Below the pieces are notes generated by a model. It saw only the letters and a program-made list of their open reading frames with translations. It made no database searches and had not been told where the DNA came from. A stretch of DNA of 63,578 bases, filler included, from Platydemus manokwari (Eukaryota): NCBI GenBank assembly GCA_037951405.1. It is 6 parts of 6 records of this genome, joined end to end, with 100 filler letters (N's around TTAATTAATTAA, not from the genome) between each part and the next. Parts side by side here need not be neighbours in the genome. Positions count along the whole stretch, not along the records: positions 1 to 9,368 come from JBBMOY011258985.1; positions 9,469 to 21,171 come from JBBMOY010508886.1; 4 more parts are not named here. The stretch is one strand, 5' to 3'. Every line of letters starts with the position of its first letter. Within the stretch, counting starts at the first letter, position 1. Shown piece by piece: positions 1-12,700 of this stretch. The position numbers and the translations under genes were made by a program.

Positions 1-2718
1 AAGTGTTAAATGTTATTTTGTGTTTATGTTGAACATTTTATTAGATTGTTTGGAGGTAAATTTGTATAATTGTGATTTATAGATTATTTATAATTGTTTG
101 CCATTTTTATATTCAACATAAATGTGTTTTTCTCGTAAGTATTGACTTAAATCCAAGTTTTCAATTATTTGTGTCATTGAAATTATTTCAATTCGATTAG
201 GTGTGCTTTCTGCATCCTCCATGCTTTCTATCTTGCAAAACATTGCGTGGAAATCCTTTATCAAAATTCATTTCCTTTAACTCATAATTCTGGAAAATAC
301 TCCCCTCATCTTATTTAACCGTGATATCGTTTGAAATTCCTAAATATTGATCTCTATATCCAATGATTTGTTTGTATTGATTGTGATCTAATTTTTTAAA
401 CCCTGTTCCCTATTTAATATTATATCAATTATAAATATTTATAAAATGTTTATAATATTTAATTTGTTTAAAATAAATAAATAGAATATTTGTTTGAATA
501 ATTGGAAAGAATAAATCAATAATTTCACAATGATGAATTACGTGGATCCATATATTGCAAACATCAACAATACGATTACAGAAAACAATTGTTTATTTGA
601 CCATCGATGGATTGCGTTGATAATATTCATTATAGTTTTGATTATGATTGTGTTGAAACTGAAATGTTTTCAAATATAATTTGATGCCTTGATTTATTTT
701 ATTGATTTATTATGTCATTCATTTAATTGTAACATTTTAACTCCTTGAAATTATAAATTAGTTATTTCCATGATTTGGGATATTTATAAACAGAATGATG
801 AATTCAAAGGAATTTTCTAACGCAACAATAATATCTTTGAGAATATTTGAATAACCTTTTTAATCTTAATCTCTATTCTGGTCAAGAGCCGATGATATGT
901 AAATATTTTCCTCAAAAATTATTGGCCAGTCAGTTCTCCCATTATTTTCACCTATTTAAACTTGTCTTTCTTGAAATATGATTATGAATAACACTTTACT
1001 TACACATATGGGCTTGTATCAGTAACGGTATTAATGTTGATATAATTTTCAAATTTTCCTGTAATGGAATTTGGTTAGCTATCTCTTTGGTGATAGCGAC
1101 AAACAAATCAACAATAATTTATCGATGATTTATTTAGTAAATTTATACATAAAGTTAGAATAGATATTTGATGATTCCACCAATGATCTGATCATTAACA
1201 GATTAATAAATTGCGTGTCACTATATTAATGAAATAATAATGATAATAACAAGAATATAATAATAATATTTATTAAATATAATAATCATTAACAAATGCG
1301 TGATATAAGAGTAAGGTAGAATAAGTACCATGTCTTGAAGATAGATAACAATATCACCGGTGAGAACAAAAGGCACTCTGCTGCGATGAAAAAGAAACTG
1401 CTAAATATGTTTTTGGGTACCCTACAATGTTCGGTGAACATTGTGGATGAATTATTAATGACAGTTCACAACCAATCTCCTGTCGGATATTGATAAGAAT
1501 ACAATGATGACATGATTGTAAGTTAAATTTACCTTTGATTGAAGTTAATTGAAACAATGTCTGCTGAAAATATTGTTCTGCTTATGAAATGATAACCGGA
1601 TTTGCTGCTTTTGAATAAAATTGCGACTGATAGTCACTATAATAATCCCCCAATGATTAATATTTGAAACGATAAATTTGAATGAAAATTTCTACTTTTC
1701 TGGAGACAATTTTGTGCTATTATTATGGCAATCTCGTTGCTTATATACTGATTATTTTATGAACTGAATTAAGAATTTTTTCGTTGCTATAGAGGTGTGA
1801 ATTGAGATTTCAAAATCTATGGAGATTCATGATATCTTCATAACAACGGGTATTCCTACAAATTAGTCATTGCTTTATTGGTGAAATTTTCCTATTATGA
1901 ATTTCGCGCTCTTATCTGTATATATATATACTTCTTTTCTGAAACTAAAGCCAAATTACCGATGCATTGAAAATAGAATATTTAACTTTTTGTCTAGCAT
2001 TAAGAAGCAGCTGCATGCATTTTGATAAATATCACATCGCTGATGATAATTATAATAATACACAATTGTTTATAATTATTAATGCTGTGACATTTCCGTA
2101 TTTCTTTTATTTTGAAAAGCGTCATTAAATCGAAATTAAATTCATTTTCAATTTGCTAATATCGCAACGATCGATTGAAAAATTTATTTGATTAGCTTTT
2201 CCTAAATCTAGACTCCACACTTGGTCTCTGGTTTATACTGAGAACTTAGAGAGCTCAAATTATTTTTTATTAAATTGTGTGTAACAGTGAATAGATTTTT
2301 ATTACTTATGGCAACGTGATTCTCAATTATTTGTTAAATATTTTTGAAATTATCGAAGAGTGTTATTAAAATTTTCGTATGATTTTAAATTTAATACAAT
2401 GGCAAGTGAAATATTTCAAACACACTCTCTAATATTTTCTATAATTTCGCAATTTTATTGACCCATTTTTCATATTGAAAGCACTAAAATTCGAAACAAT
2501 GCGATCATTACCGTTTACAGAAATATCCACTCACAACCAATCAATATTTTCCTATCTACTTTGAGACACAAGAAATGTAATTAAATATCAATTTTAATAT
2601 TCAATTTAATTAAATATTAATTTTAATTAATTCTCAACCAATAATAAATAAGATAATTCAGAAAATTAAATAATAATAACTTATTTATTTCTTACAATAC
2701 TGGAATAAACATGATAAA

Positions 2719-3084
2719 ATGAGCGAAAATTGTGAAGTAATTTCAGAACAATACGATTCATATAATGATTATGGTGAATATTATGAGTACCGTCGAGGAA
2801 TTTTGAAAAAACCTTCAAACAAAAAAAAGACCAATTTAAAGAAACATGGCAAATGTGTCGAGTTCGGAGAATGTCATTTTATTCTTTTTGACAAGGAAGA
2901 CGGAATAGAAGATACAAACTTCAATGATATTCATACTGTTCCAATGGGAGAAGATATATTCAATACAAAACGGGTACAAAATATACTACTAGGAGAAAAT
3001 AACAAAGAAAAACAGTGGAAAACTGAAACAAAAAATTCGAAAAAGAAACATAAGAAAGATAAAAATAAAAAACTCAGAAATTGA
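2719..3084 (+). CDS. 121-aa intronless ORF antisense to the ZU5 gene; putative PP1-interacting protein (GILK + KxVxF)
   Basis: Open 121 codons in AT-rich DNA, AATAAA at 3136-3141. The duplicate at 6057-6203 differs by 4 synonymous vs 2 non-synonymous changes, consistent with coding constraint. Confidence 0.6.
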   Translation: MSENCEVISEQYDSYNDYGEYYEYRRGILKKPSNKKKTNLKKHGKCVEFGECHFILFDKEDGIEDTNFNDIHTVPMGEDIFNTKRVQNILLGENNKEKQWKTETKNSKKKHKKDKNKKLRN

Positions 3085-3345
3085 TGAAAATATATTTGTG
3101 TTTAATAATCGATTTTGTCCTATATGATAAATGTAAATAAATATAAATCAATATAATTGTGTAAAACCGTTATTATTTCATATAATTGTTTTGTTTTGTT
3201 TTAATAGATTGTTTTTTAATTCAAATATAGAAAATAATTCCTCAATTGTTAATTGCTGGAGATATATCGATTTTATAATTTTGACAACTTAACAAAAGAA
3301 AATAATAAAAGAAATCAACAGATAATCAGAACTGTTTCAACTTAC

Positions 3346-6300
3346 TTAATGTCTGATATTTTATTTATTTCATATTTTATCGAATCCTTTTTGTCATCCA
3401 TTTCATATTTTATCTCATTATTCTCCACCCAATTCTTATTCTTATCCATGATCAATACACAAACCTTTTCTTCTGGGCCTTCACCAGATAAAGCTATTTA
3501 AAATCAATATAATTATTAAAAATAACCTTGAGATTCGAAATTAGCTTTTGGCCGTGATTCAGTGTTAGAGCTGAAAACAGCCATAGACATTGTACCTGTT
3601 TCAGATTTTGTCAATTGTTTCTGAGGAAGAGGTAAGGAAATTGTGATTGGTTTTAAAATATTCCTATTTTGAGATTCTATATGAAGAAATATAATATAAT
3701 AATGGTCGGTGAATTTAGAGAAATGAGAATAATTTCTTAATCCATCACATATACTACTTTGTTTATTTTATTAATGAATGGTTTTTAAAATGAGGAATAC
3801 CGAAAGAGTCACAGAATTCGAACTCGACTTTTCTCAATTTCACGTGATTGTTAAAACTGTCGAAATTAAATTCTAGTTTCATTCACATTAACTTTCATAA
3901 GAAACTTTATACAATTTTCAATTTTTGAATAAACTGGCAATTATCAGATGTTTGTGAATAATAACAATTTAACGATCATTTCATAGCCTTTCTAAATTCT
4001 ATTTATAAAGCAGTTTAAATTTTTTATTTAAACCCTAAAATTTACAGGAAAAGTGAGTTTTCATTTAATTAAATCTTATTTTTAAAGGAATAATGTAAAA
4101 TGAAGACGCCATGAAGATACCCTGAACACACTTTAGTAGTAAAGAAAATATGAAAAATTAATCAGAAAACCTTTTCACTGTGGTATTTTTAAAATGTTTT
4201 TCAAAATATTTTCAGAATATTTTTTACACAAAAATTTGTGTGTCCAATAAAGGAACAGGTTGCCAGGTTACCAAGTATTTTTGGTAAAAAAAATTTCAAT
4301 GCGTGTTTTATAAAATAGTAGCAACAGAATTCTGTTCTGAAAAGATCAATGACTGTAAATTACGGAAAAGAAGGAGGAAGATGTTGAGATAAAGAAGGAA
4401 TATATATAGAAGATTTAGATATATAAAGAAAATGTATAGAAAATGCAAAAAGATATATAGCGAATATCTAGAGAAGATATGAAGAAGAGAAATATTTTTA
4501 AGTAGATAAACGTGTAGAATATTCGATACAATGATTAAGACTACAAAGTAAATCAAACATTTTAAAGAAAGGGAGTTGTGAGAATGTTAAATTATTGAAT
4601 TAAAAAGTTGAAAACCACTGCATTAGGTCAATGATATTTTTTATTAAAATAGTCAATAAATCTACCTATTTTCAAGACATGAGTAAATGCATAAATATTA
4701 TCTGCATTGGTTCCTTTCGATTTGACTTTCATGTCTTGAGCCCAGCTTGAGTCAAATGCTAAAGTCTAGAAACAAATAAAAGTAAGAATAAAATATCATT
4801 TAAACTGTGAAATGTTTAGTGAAGAAGTTTAATAAAGCTCAGAAATATAAATGTGAAATATTAGATAATTCACAGAAAATCAATTGATAAATTATGTTCT
4901 CACGGTCAATAATTCACAGGCATCGAATTTTTCACGAAAATTTATTTTTGACCTTGATAAAATGAGCTTTTGTATTTTTAAAATTTAAACTGACGACGTA
5001 TTTAGAATAGAAAAATGTTTTTGGTTTTAGTTTTCAAAAATGGTTTCAGAAATATTCTGAGACTAGGAAAAGTTTGAATTTCTTTGAAGGTTTAGAAAAA
5101 AACTAATTAGAAGGAATTCTTTAAAAGTAAAGATAACCTAAGCTCAATAGCTCAGATAAAAACATATATTCGCGATGTGTTTTCATTGGAAAGAATAATA
5201 ATTTTATATATTGAATTTCGTAATAACAAACTACTTATAAAATAAATAATAAATAAATATTTGTTATACCATTTCAATGATCTTTGTTCAAATTTCAACT
5301 GTGATTGTATTTTGGTTCTATATATGCACATCCATCATAATTCTTACAAGCTTGGGGATAAAATATTTTACAACAACAGAAATCTAATTAATCAAATAAT
5401 ATTTCCAGATTATTATCCCTATTCGAATATAATAAGTATTATTTTAGAATATTGTGTCAATTGTACTTTATTTCTAATTATATTTATAATTATATAATAA
5501 TTACTTTATTTTTTATTTTTTTTTAATTTATTTTGCTTTCATATCTTTATTAGAGTCAGATTAATTATCAAAATATATATTAAATTCTATTTAATTTTCA
5601 AGCTATTCTGATCTATTTTATATCAAAACATTTGAGAAAAGACTCTAGCAAATATATGTGGATTAATATGACCAATTAATATAACCAATGAAAAAGAATG
5701 TTATGTCAACCTATTGAATGGCATATATTTTTCAATTCTTGTTGTCATCAAAGCTTAATTAAATAGTTTTCGAATGTATGCCGTATTTTTACAAACTCTT
5801 TTTTACAAACTCTTATAAGCTATCCGTATCAGTATTTTACAACTAACAAAATAAAATCACCTATGCCTTAGGTGACACCCATTCATTTTCACTCACATTA
5901 AATTAAATTCTTCATCTTACATAAATAAAAACCAGAAGATTATTTCCATCGACTGTAAAATTTCTTTTGATAAGCTTAATTCTTAACTCCTTTTACATCA
6001 ATATTTCTATTTCTATTCATACCAGCTTACTAATCCTTTTCGATACACATGATAAAATGAGTGAAAATTGTGAAGTAATTTCAGAACAATATGATTCATA
6101 TAATGATTATAGTGAATATTATGAGTACCGTCGAGGAATTTTGAAAAAACCTTCGAACAAAAAGAAGACCAATATAAAGAAACATGGCAAATGTGTCGAG
6201 TTCTTAGATAAATTCTGTTTAATTAGATAATTTACCCTCCTCATCAAATTAGGAAATCCTAAAACGCTGGAATAAATGAAAAGTCACATTTTGTAAAGCA

Positions 6301-8870
6301 AACATATTATGAAGTCCACGATATCAAACAAACTTTTAAAAATAACATATTTCATCGAAAATCTTCATCAATAATATAGAATATTTTGATTGGCAACTTA
6401 AAACGGAATTATGATTGAGTTTTTCGAGAAAAATGCCATAAAATATTATTAGATTTTCTTATTTAATTTATTTATTAAAATGAAATGAAACCCCACCGTG
6501 ACATTCATGGCAAGATTGACCTTGACAGCTCCAGCAGGAATCATAAAATTAACGCGACTATCAACAGCAGGTGTCCAATTACAACCCTTTTTGCCATACT
6601 GTAGTTCTTCGATGCGAGGAATACTCACAACTGTCAGAATTAATGGTAATTCATTAAAAACTGCTTCAACGAATCTTGCTCCACATTTATCAATATCCTC
6701 CATAGAAACGTCGATTGTATCGATAGAAATCCATTTCGATTCATCACAAAGATATTTGAATATTTTCGTTTCTTTTCCTTGAGTACGCATCATGGTGTGA
6801 GGCAGAATAATGGAAAAGGCTTGATCAAACTAAACCAACGCATATGCATTCATTCGAAAAATTTATCAAAGAATCTGTTAAATTGTATCAAAATTTCATT
6901 TGTTCACAAATAATTAATTTCATATGCAAATATCCCAGTGTGTGAAAATACTCCACAAGTCTAAAATCTTTCGACAAAGCAGTTTTTTAAATAAAAATTC
7001 AACGCCTGCTATACATCGAGTGTGGAATAAACATGGTAAAACCAAAAATTGTTTAGAATTTAATATCATTATGGATTAGAAGTGTAAGTTTCACTTTTCA
7101 AACACATATTAACACCACTCTATAATTTTCTGACCTTCCTATCTTATTATTCTTACGACATTATATCATTCATTGATTTGTTGTTCAACCCTTACATGGA
7201 AATATAAAATAATTGCGTCGTATGTGAGGTAAACAATTTGTTTATATCAAATGATATAATGGTAAAGATTAAATAAACAAGCTCTGGGTTCGAATGTACT
7301 CAGTAGAAGGAACTGCGATATCGGTTAATTAACTGCTAGTAATTCAATCACCAAACTATCACACCCATGCATCAAAGAAAGTGTACAAATTATATTCTAC
7401 AAAATACGGTCACTGATAGTCATTTCTACTCATCATTTTCAGATGAAATCCTGAATGAATAATTTAGTAATTCTCTGATTGGTGGAAGTGATAGTCAATC
7501 ATTATCACTCGCATTTATTATCACGTGACATTTAGTTGTGAGCACTTGTTGTTAATCCATTTTACTTTCATAATAAATTATCTCATGCCATGAGTTCCCT
7601 GATTCCAACTGTTCGACTCTCTTATTTCTCCAATGGACACATTTGCGATTGAAATGATAAACACCCTTAGCAGCGAAGTAGTGACAAATTATTAAAACAA
7701 AAAATATATTTCATTGATAATTATGAAGGGGTTTTTGTGAGAACAAGTCGACAAACTTGTCCTTATATCGCAAGAAACTTTTATTATAATTAATTAATTA
7801 ATTAATTAATTAATTAAACAATTAATTAATCGACAGATAAAGCCCTTGAAATATGTTTCGATGGGAAATCTGTAAGATAAAACCACATAATTACTTTTAA
7901 ATCATCATTATCAATGTTTGATGATCGTATTTTGATGATATTGCTCACGATTTCGTCACTGCCATCGAGATTGAGACAGATATTCAATGGATCCATTAAT
8001 TCAATACTAATATCACATTTTGATGCCATACAACCCGGCAAAACCTTAATAAAACATCCAATACCATTCTCGCCGAATTCGCCATTGAACAAATCGTACC
8101 TGGAAGAAATACGACAGATCAATCTCATCGTCAAATCAAATCAAACCTTATTTTGTCAAATCTATCCATTTGTTCGACAGATTGTTTATTTTCTTCCTCA
8201 ATGATTCTCCTCATTCTATCGACTTCTTTTTGTCGTAATTCAGCCTCTTTTGCTTCTTCTTTGGCCTTTTGCAGTTCTTTTTGAGCTGCTTCTTGTATTG
8301 CCAACTGTTCAAGCTCTTTTTGTTTCTTCAATTCTTCGATTTTTCTTTCTGCCATCAATAAATTATTCTGACAAACATTTTTTTTCGCTACAATTTCGGC
8401 ATGGCTTTGTTCGATTTCAATAATTTTCTCCTCAATTACTTTCAGTGCGGTTAACATTTCAGTGAAATAATTATTGTTATCAGTTAAATATTTCATTTTC
8501 ATTTGGGATTTTTCTAATTCAATTTTCTCTGTTAATTTCTCTACAAGAAATTTTTAAAAACGAAAAAAATAATAAAAAAAATACCAGAATTTTCAAATGC
8601 TTCATTTATTGATTTAGTATTTTCACAATTGAATTGCTTCTGCTTTATATCAATTAAATTAGCAAATTCAATTACTAAATTGGAAAGTTCGATAAGAAAA
8701 TTTCCATTCTGTTTTAAGTCAATAAGATAGCTTTCAATGCTCTCTTTGATGAATTGCAACTCTTCAACTTTTGAAGCATTAATATCCAAAAATTGATCAA
8801 TAGTCTCCGCTTGTTTGATATGGTTAATTTCATCTTTAAGAATGCTTTTAATTTTCGCAAAGTTTTCCAT
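3346..8870 (-). CDS. Spliced gene: N-terminal coiled coil + two ZU5 domains (DTHD1/ankyrin/PIDD-like); 3' part not found in window
   Basis: Seven phase-consistent GT-AG exons: 8870-8585, 8540-8147, 8099-7895, 6829-6497, 4765-4666, 3676-3527, 3493-3346. Joined protein has a coiled coil (…KQKELEQLAIQEAAQKELQKAKEEAKEAE…), ZU5-A-like 'IGCFIKVLPG…EIVSNIIKI…FDQAFSIILPH' and ZU5-B-like 'YGKKGCNWTPAVDSRVNFMIPAGAV…NIYAFTHVLKIESQNRNILKPITISLPLP' (cf. ankyrin 'FHKPITMTIPVP'). No compatible phase-2 exon found in 1-3345. Confidence 0.75.
4300..4610 (-). repeat. Copy of the 59540-59900 repeat, inside a ZU5-gene intron
   Basis: Shared blocks 'ATCAATGACTG', 'GATGTTGAGA', 'ATTCGATACAATG' and 'AATCAAA…TGTGAG' in the same order. 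Confidence 0.75.
6047..6203 (+). pseudogene. 157-bp partial duplicate of 2709-2865 (first 49 codons of the 121-aa ORF)
   Basis: Near-identical direct repeat (6 mismatches in the coding part). Identity ends after 'GTCGAGTTC'; the frame stops at 6230. Lies in the ZU5-gene intron 6496-4766. Confidence 0.85.
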
Positions 8871-9368
8871 AAATCAATTTATAATTAAGTTAATATAACA
8901 AAATCTAATTGATGTTAATTCAAAAAATTATCTCAAAAATATAACGAAGCTTAAATTTTCAATATTATGTTGCAGTTTGTATTTCATCTAGAATAACTGT
9001 AATGTCAAAATTTGACATTTTAAAACTTGAGTTAATGGTTTATTGTCAGTAATTTTGCAGTGAGAACATTTTACCAAATATTAATGTAAATATTTTGGAA
9101 TAGGTCAGTATTTCGATTAAATTTTGACTATTAAATTATATTTGATTTGAATGACAAATTAACGAAAATTTTAAATAAAGTTCATTATATTATTCAAACA
9201 ATGAAAATAATGGAGATTAATCTATTGTTCGATAAAAAATATTTAAATTATTCCTGAATTTATTTCTAATTTAATTATAAACCATATCTTAAAATCATAT
9301 TTAAGAATCTTTGGGAAAGTTCAATTAAATAAATTTTGTATGCAGTAAACTTTTCATTTCTGATGGTT

Positions 9369-9468
9369 NNNNNNNNNNNNNNNNNNNNNNNNNNNNNNNN
9401 NNNNNNNNNNNNTTAATTAATTAANNNNNNNNNNNNNNNNNNNNNNNNNNNNNNNNNNNNNNNNNNNN
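9369..9468. other. Artificial scaffold spacer (44N-TTAATTAATTAA-44N); identical spacers at 21172-21271, 30072-30171, 41421-41520, 53407-53506
   Basis: The same 100-nt structure occurs five times; the 12-mer gives stop codons in all six frames. Confidence 0.97.
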
Positions 9469-9682
9469 AGTTAGTATGCATTAGGTCACAACACAATATG
9501 ACCACAAATTTTGCCAGAACAGCACAATAACTTTCTAGGAACGCATCGGATGTGTAAGTCAACAGTGAACATACAAACCAAGCAAATATGACATTTTAAA
9601 ATGAAATTATGGTACACAATTTTTTAACTATATATCTACATTTAAAAAATAGAAATGCTAATATTTGTTTCTTTATTAATAG

Positions 9683-9765
9683 GCGATATCGGATATTACG
9701 ATGATGACGAATATTTCTACATCAATGATAGATTGAAGGATCTTATTAAAGTTAAAGGATTTCAG
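9683..9765 (+). CDS. Single exon of an ANL-superfamily acyl-CoA synthetase (4-coumarate-CoA ligase-like / firefly-luciferase-like)
   Basis: ttaatag| … |gtaggt splice sites flank (G)[27 protein letters not shown], matching the family motif [30 protein letters not shown]. Confidence 0.85.
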
Positions 9766-10314
9766 GTAGGTCAAATAATAATATTTTTAATTTATAATTA
9801 TTGATAATATAATTATTTATGAAAATTATAAATTATTTACAATGAAAATTATGAAAAATGAGCTGATATTGTACTAGAAAACCATAACAAGTACCGATAT
9901 TCTAGAAGTCCGAGTATCAAAGAAGTGCCGTTGATTAAAAACATTAAGTTACAATAAATGCAAAATATCATCGCTTGCCAAGAGCTTCATTTAATAAACA
10001 CCCAATAATGAAGATTAAATTATAATGCAAAATGAATTTTTATACAACAATAATTTTATAATAATTTTCCATTAACTTTGAATGTTATTAAAACTCCTTT
10101 TGTTTCCAAATGCATGTTTTATGCAAACCGGTATGTTATTATATTCACATTTAAACACTAAATTATAAAATCGTGTAATTAATTAATAACGGCTATTAAA
10201 ACCAATAACATAATCCCATAACCCACTCCACAAAGTCGCTTCATCATCTGAAAGTGCTTATCGACCACAAAGAATGGTAGTTGGTGCATTTTAGTATATG
10301 CAGTTTTCTTTTAA

Positions 10315-12696
10315 CACTAGATATTTAACACCAGCTATTTAATATACCTATTTCTAACAAACCTGTCAAAATGACTGGTGCATAAGAAAAAAGGCTTATT
10401 TTGGTTTCCAGTCTATATTTACTCTTAAAAATGACAAAAATAAAGTTGAACAATATTAATTATAACAGATAAATGGATTTATAGACATTGCCAATTGACA
10501 AAACACTTAATTGTTTACAGTTTGTTGCTCACAATTTCTACACTTTCCGCATAGACTATTTTTGCATTTATTGCAAATATTTGTAGTTTTATTGTTATTG
10601 CAATATCCTATTTGGCACCATTTTCGTACAGGAACTGTGGCATTTGTGGTTGGTATATTGACTTTGGTTTATTGGTTTTTGCATTGAAGTCTGATATTCT
10701 GAAGTAAGTTCTTCTGCTAATCGAAACAGAAAGTCTTTTCGTGAGATATTTTCTCCTGTTGTGTTTTTGTATAATATCTATTTATTGCGTCTAAATCTAA
10801 AATATTGAAAAATACTTGAAGTGGTCACCTTCTGGAACCTGATTTCACCGTATATTTTCGTGCCATTTGATCAGTAACATCGATGCCAAATTTAGTATTA
10901 TTTTAAAACGATACAGTTTCAAGTAATTTCTTTGCAGCTTTATCAATTTTGATGTGTTTATGTTTTGTACTTAGTATAAGCACTTTTTTATTTGGTTTGC
11001 CCTTATGAATAGTAAGTGTACATCCATTGGATTGGTCCAACAACGTTGAGAAACGTACCATGTTGTCTTTTTTAGTTTGCAATTTTGTGGCAGATCCCTC
11101 TTGTTTGCGCTTATTGTTCCAAGCAACGCAGTATTTTTAGATTTTAATTCTAACGCTAAAGGAATACTTGTAAAAAGATTATCAGTTGTTACAGTTCTAC
11201 CCTTCATGGTATATGGTTTAAGAAGTTTCATCACGACAAATTCTCTTGGAGGGGTTGATGCATTTCGTGTCTCGTCTTTTCCTAAATACGGAAAGCCATT
11301 TACCACATATTTCGTCTCTACATCGGACGCCAACCAAAATTTTATGCCAAATTTTTGGAGTTAGTTTGGCATATACTGAGTAAATCTGCATCTAGCCTTT
11401 GATGGAAAAAGATGCTCATCCACGGTAATATAAGCTCCTGGTTTGAAGCAATTTTTACTGTTTTCAATAAATTTATCCAAACTGCTGAGACTAAAGCGAA
11501 CTTGTCTGTCTACAAACGTTAACTCCTCTGATTTTTTTGTCGAAAAGAATGTATCGCAGAATCTCAGTAAAATCACGTCTACTCATAATGTTGGAGAAAT
11601 ATGATGGTCCCCACTTGTTATTCCACAAATATTGAAGCCTCAAATTATTTCCTTTGTACGCTCCACGTGCAAATAATATTGCTAGAAATGCCTTCAATTT
11701 TTCTTGCACAATTATCCAGTTTTTCCTCAAAACTCGAGAGGCTTCTAACTCAGTACAAATTCGAATATGTTCCAAAATATGGTTGTCAATCAGTAATAGA
11801 AACGCACTACTTAGATTCCCGTTCATAATGTTTCTTTTAACATGTGCTGTTGGCCCGTGTACATCTTTGAAAGCACTATAAAGTGGTGATCTACCAGCAA
11901 TACCACCTTTTTCAATTCTCGTCCAAATAGTTTCGTCTGAAGCAATTTCAGTTTGTTGATTTGGTATATTACTTCCACATTCATCTTCAGAACTTGAAGG
12001 GAATCGCATACATTCTCTTGTGCGTTTGTTTAGAATATTTTTGCAATCACTGTCACTCGACTGATCTATATGGTCTTCATCAGGAATTTCATCATCACCA
12101 CTTTCGATAATAGTCCTATTACTATCACCATCATTAGCACATAATTCACTTTCTACATCTGAACATTCCAGAGGTATGTTGGCTGCATTTCCAAATATGT
12201 AGAAAGTTTTGCTTTTTTTGACATTTTTAGGGACTCAGAATCACTATAAAAATTTTGTCTATAAGAAAAATGTTGCAAGTTGAACAAAGTTAGAAACAAG
12301 ACTGAACGTGTCTAGTGCATTTACAAAACAAATGCTCATCAAAATGACGTCATTAACACAATGACGATAGTGAAAGAAAACAAAAGTCGATAACGAAACA
12401 AACAAAAGACGCTTCGGTGCTATATGTACTGTATCGGTCTCATGATTCTCCCAAAATCATACATTTTTTCATACAAACACAACCTGTCATTTTGACTGGT
12501 ATTGGTATAAATGTCAATAACAAAAATTATATTTGTTACTAATGTATATAAAATAACATTAAGTTTATAAAACGTATTCTCTAATTATAGCTACAAAAGT
12601 CATAACATCATTTCTGAAAAAAAATGCGTAATGTAGTAGGAATTTTGAATTGAAATTGCACTATCAGTCTAAATGACTGGTCTGGTAAATCTAGTG
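10315..12696 (-). mobile_element. piggyBac DNA transposon, full length, decayed
   Basis: TTAA target duplications at 10311-10314 and 12697-12700. Termini CACTAGAT…/…ATCTAGTG. Subterminal CCWGTCA-nnn-TGACTGG-like motifs at ~10362, ~12483 and ~12665. Confidence 0.92.
10507..12224 (-). pseudogene. piggyBac (PGBD4-like) transposase with frameshifts and stops
   Basis: Fragments show 'MSRRDFTEILRYILFD', catalytic 'TVDEHL', 'TTDNLFTS' and 'GIDVTDQMA', then a C-terminal Cys-rich 'RKWCQIGYC…ICNKC…LCGKC'. In-frame stop at 11361-11363 and frameshifts near 11510 and 11040. Confidence 0.9.
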
Positions 12697-12700
12697 TTAA

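Noticed and set aside
4308-4556. Hydrophobic ORFs 4308-4556 and 59636-59839 as membrane peptides
   Set aside because: Both are translations of the pyrimidine-rich strand of the same dispersed repeat.
6498-6782. Plus-strand ORFs 6498-6782, 7914-8204 and 3253-3501, and short ORFs overlapping piggyBac, LMBR1 and the orphan gene
   Set aside because: Antisense or off-frame shadows of real coding sequence.
9413-9424. Recurring TTAATTAATTAA between N runs as a biological motif
   Set aside because: Fixed 44N-12-44N format repeated five times; an assembly spacer. The ORFs at 21216-21484 are N artefacts.
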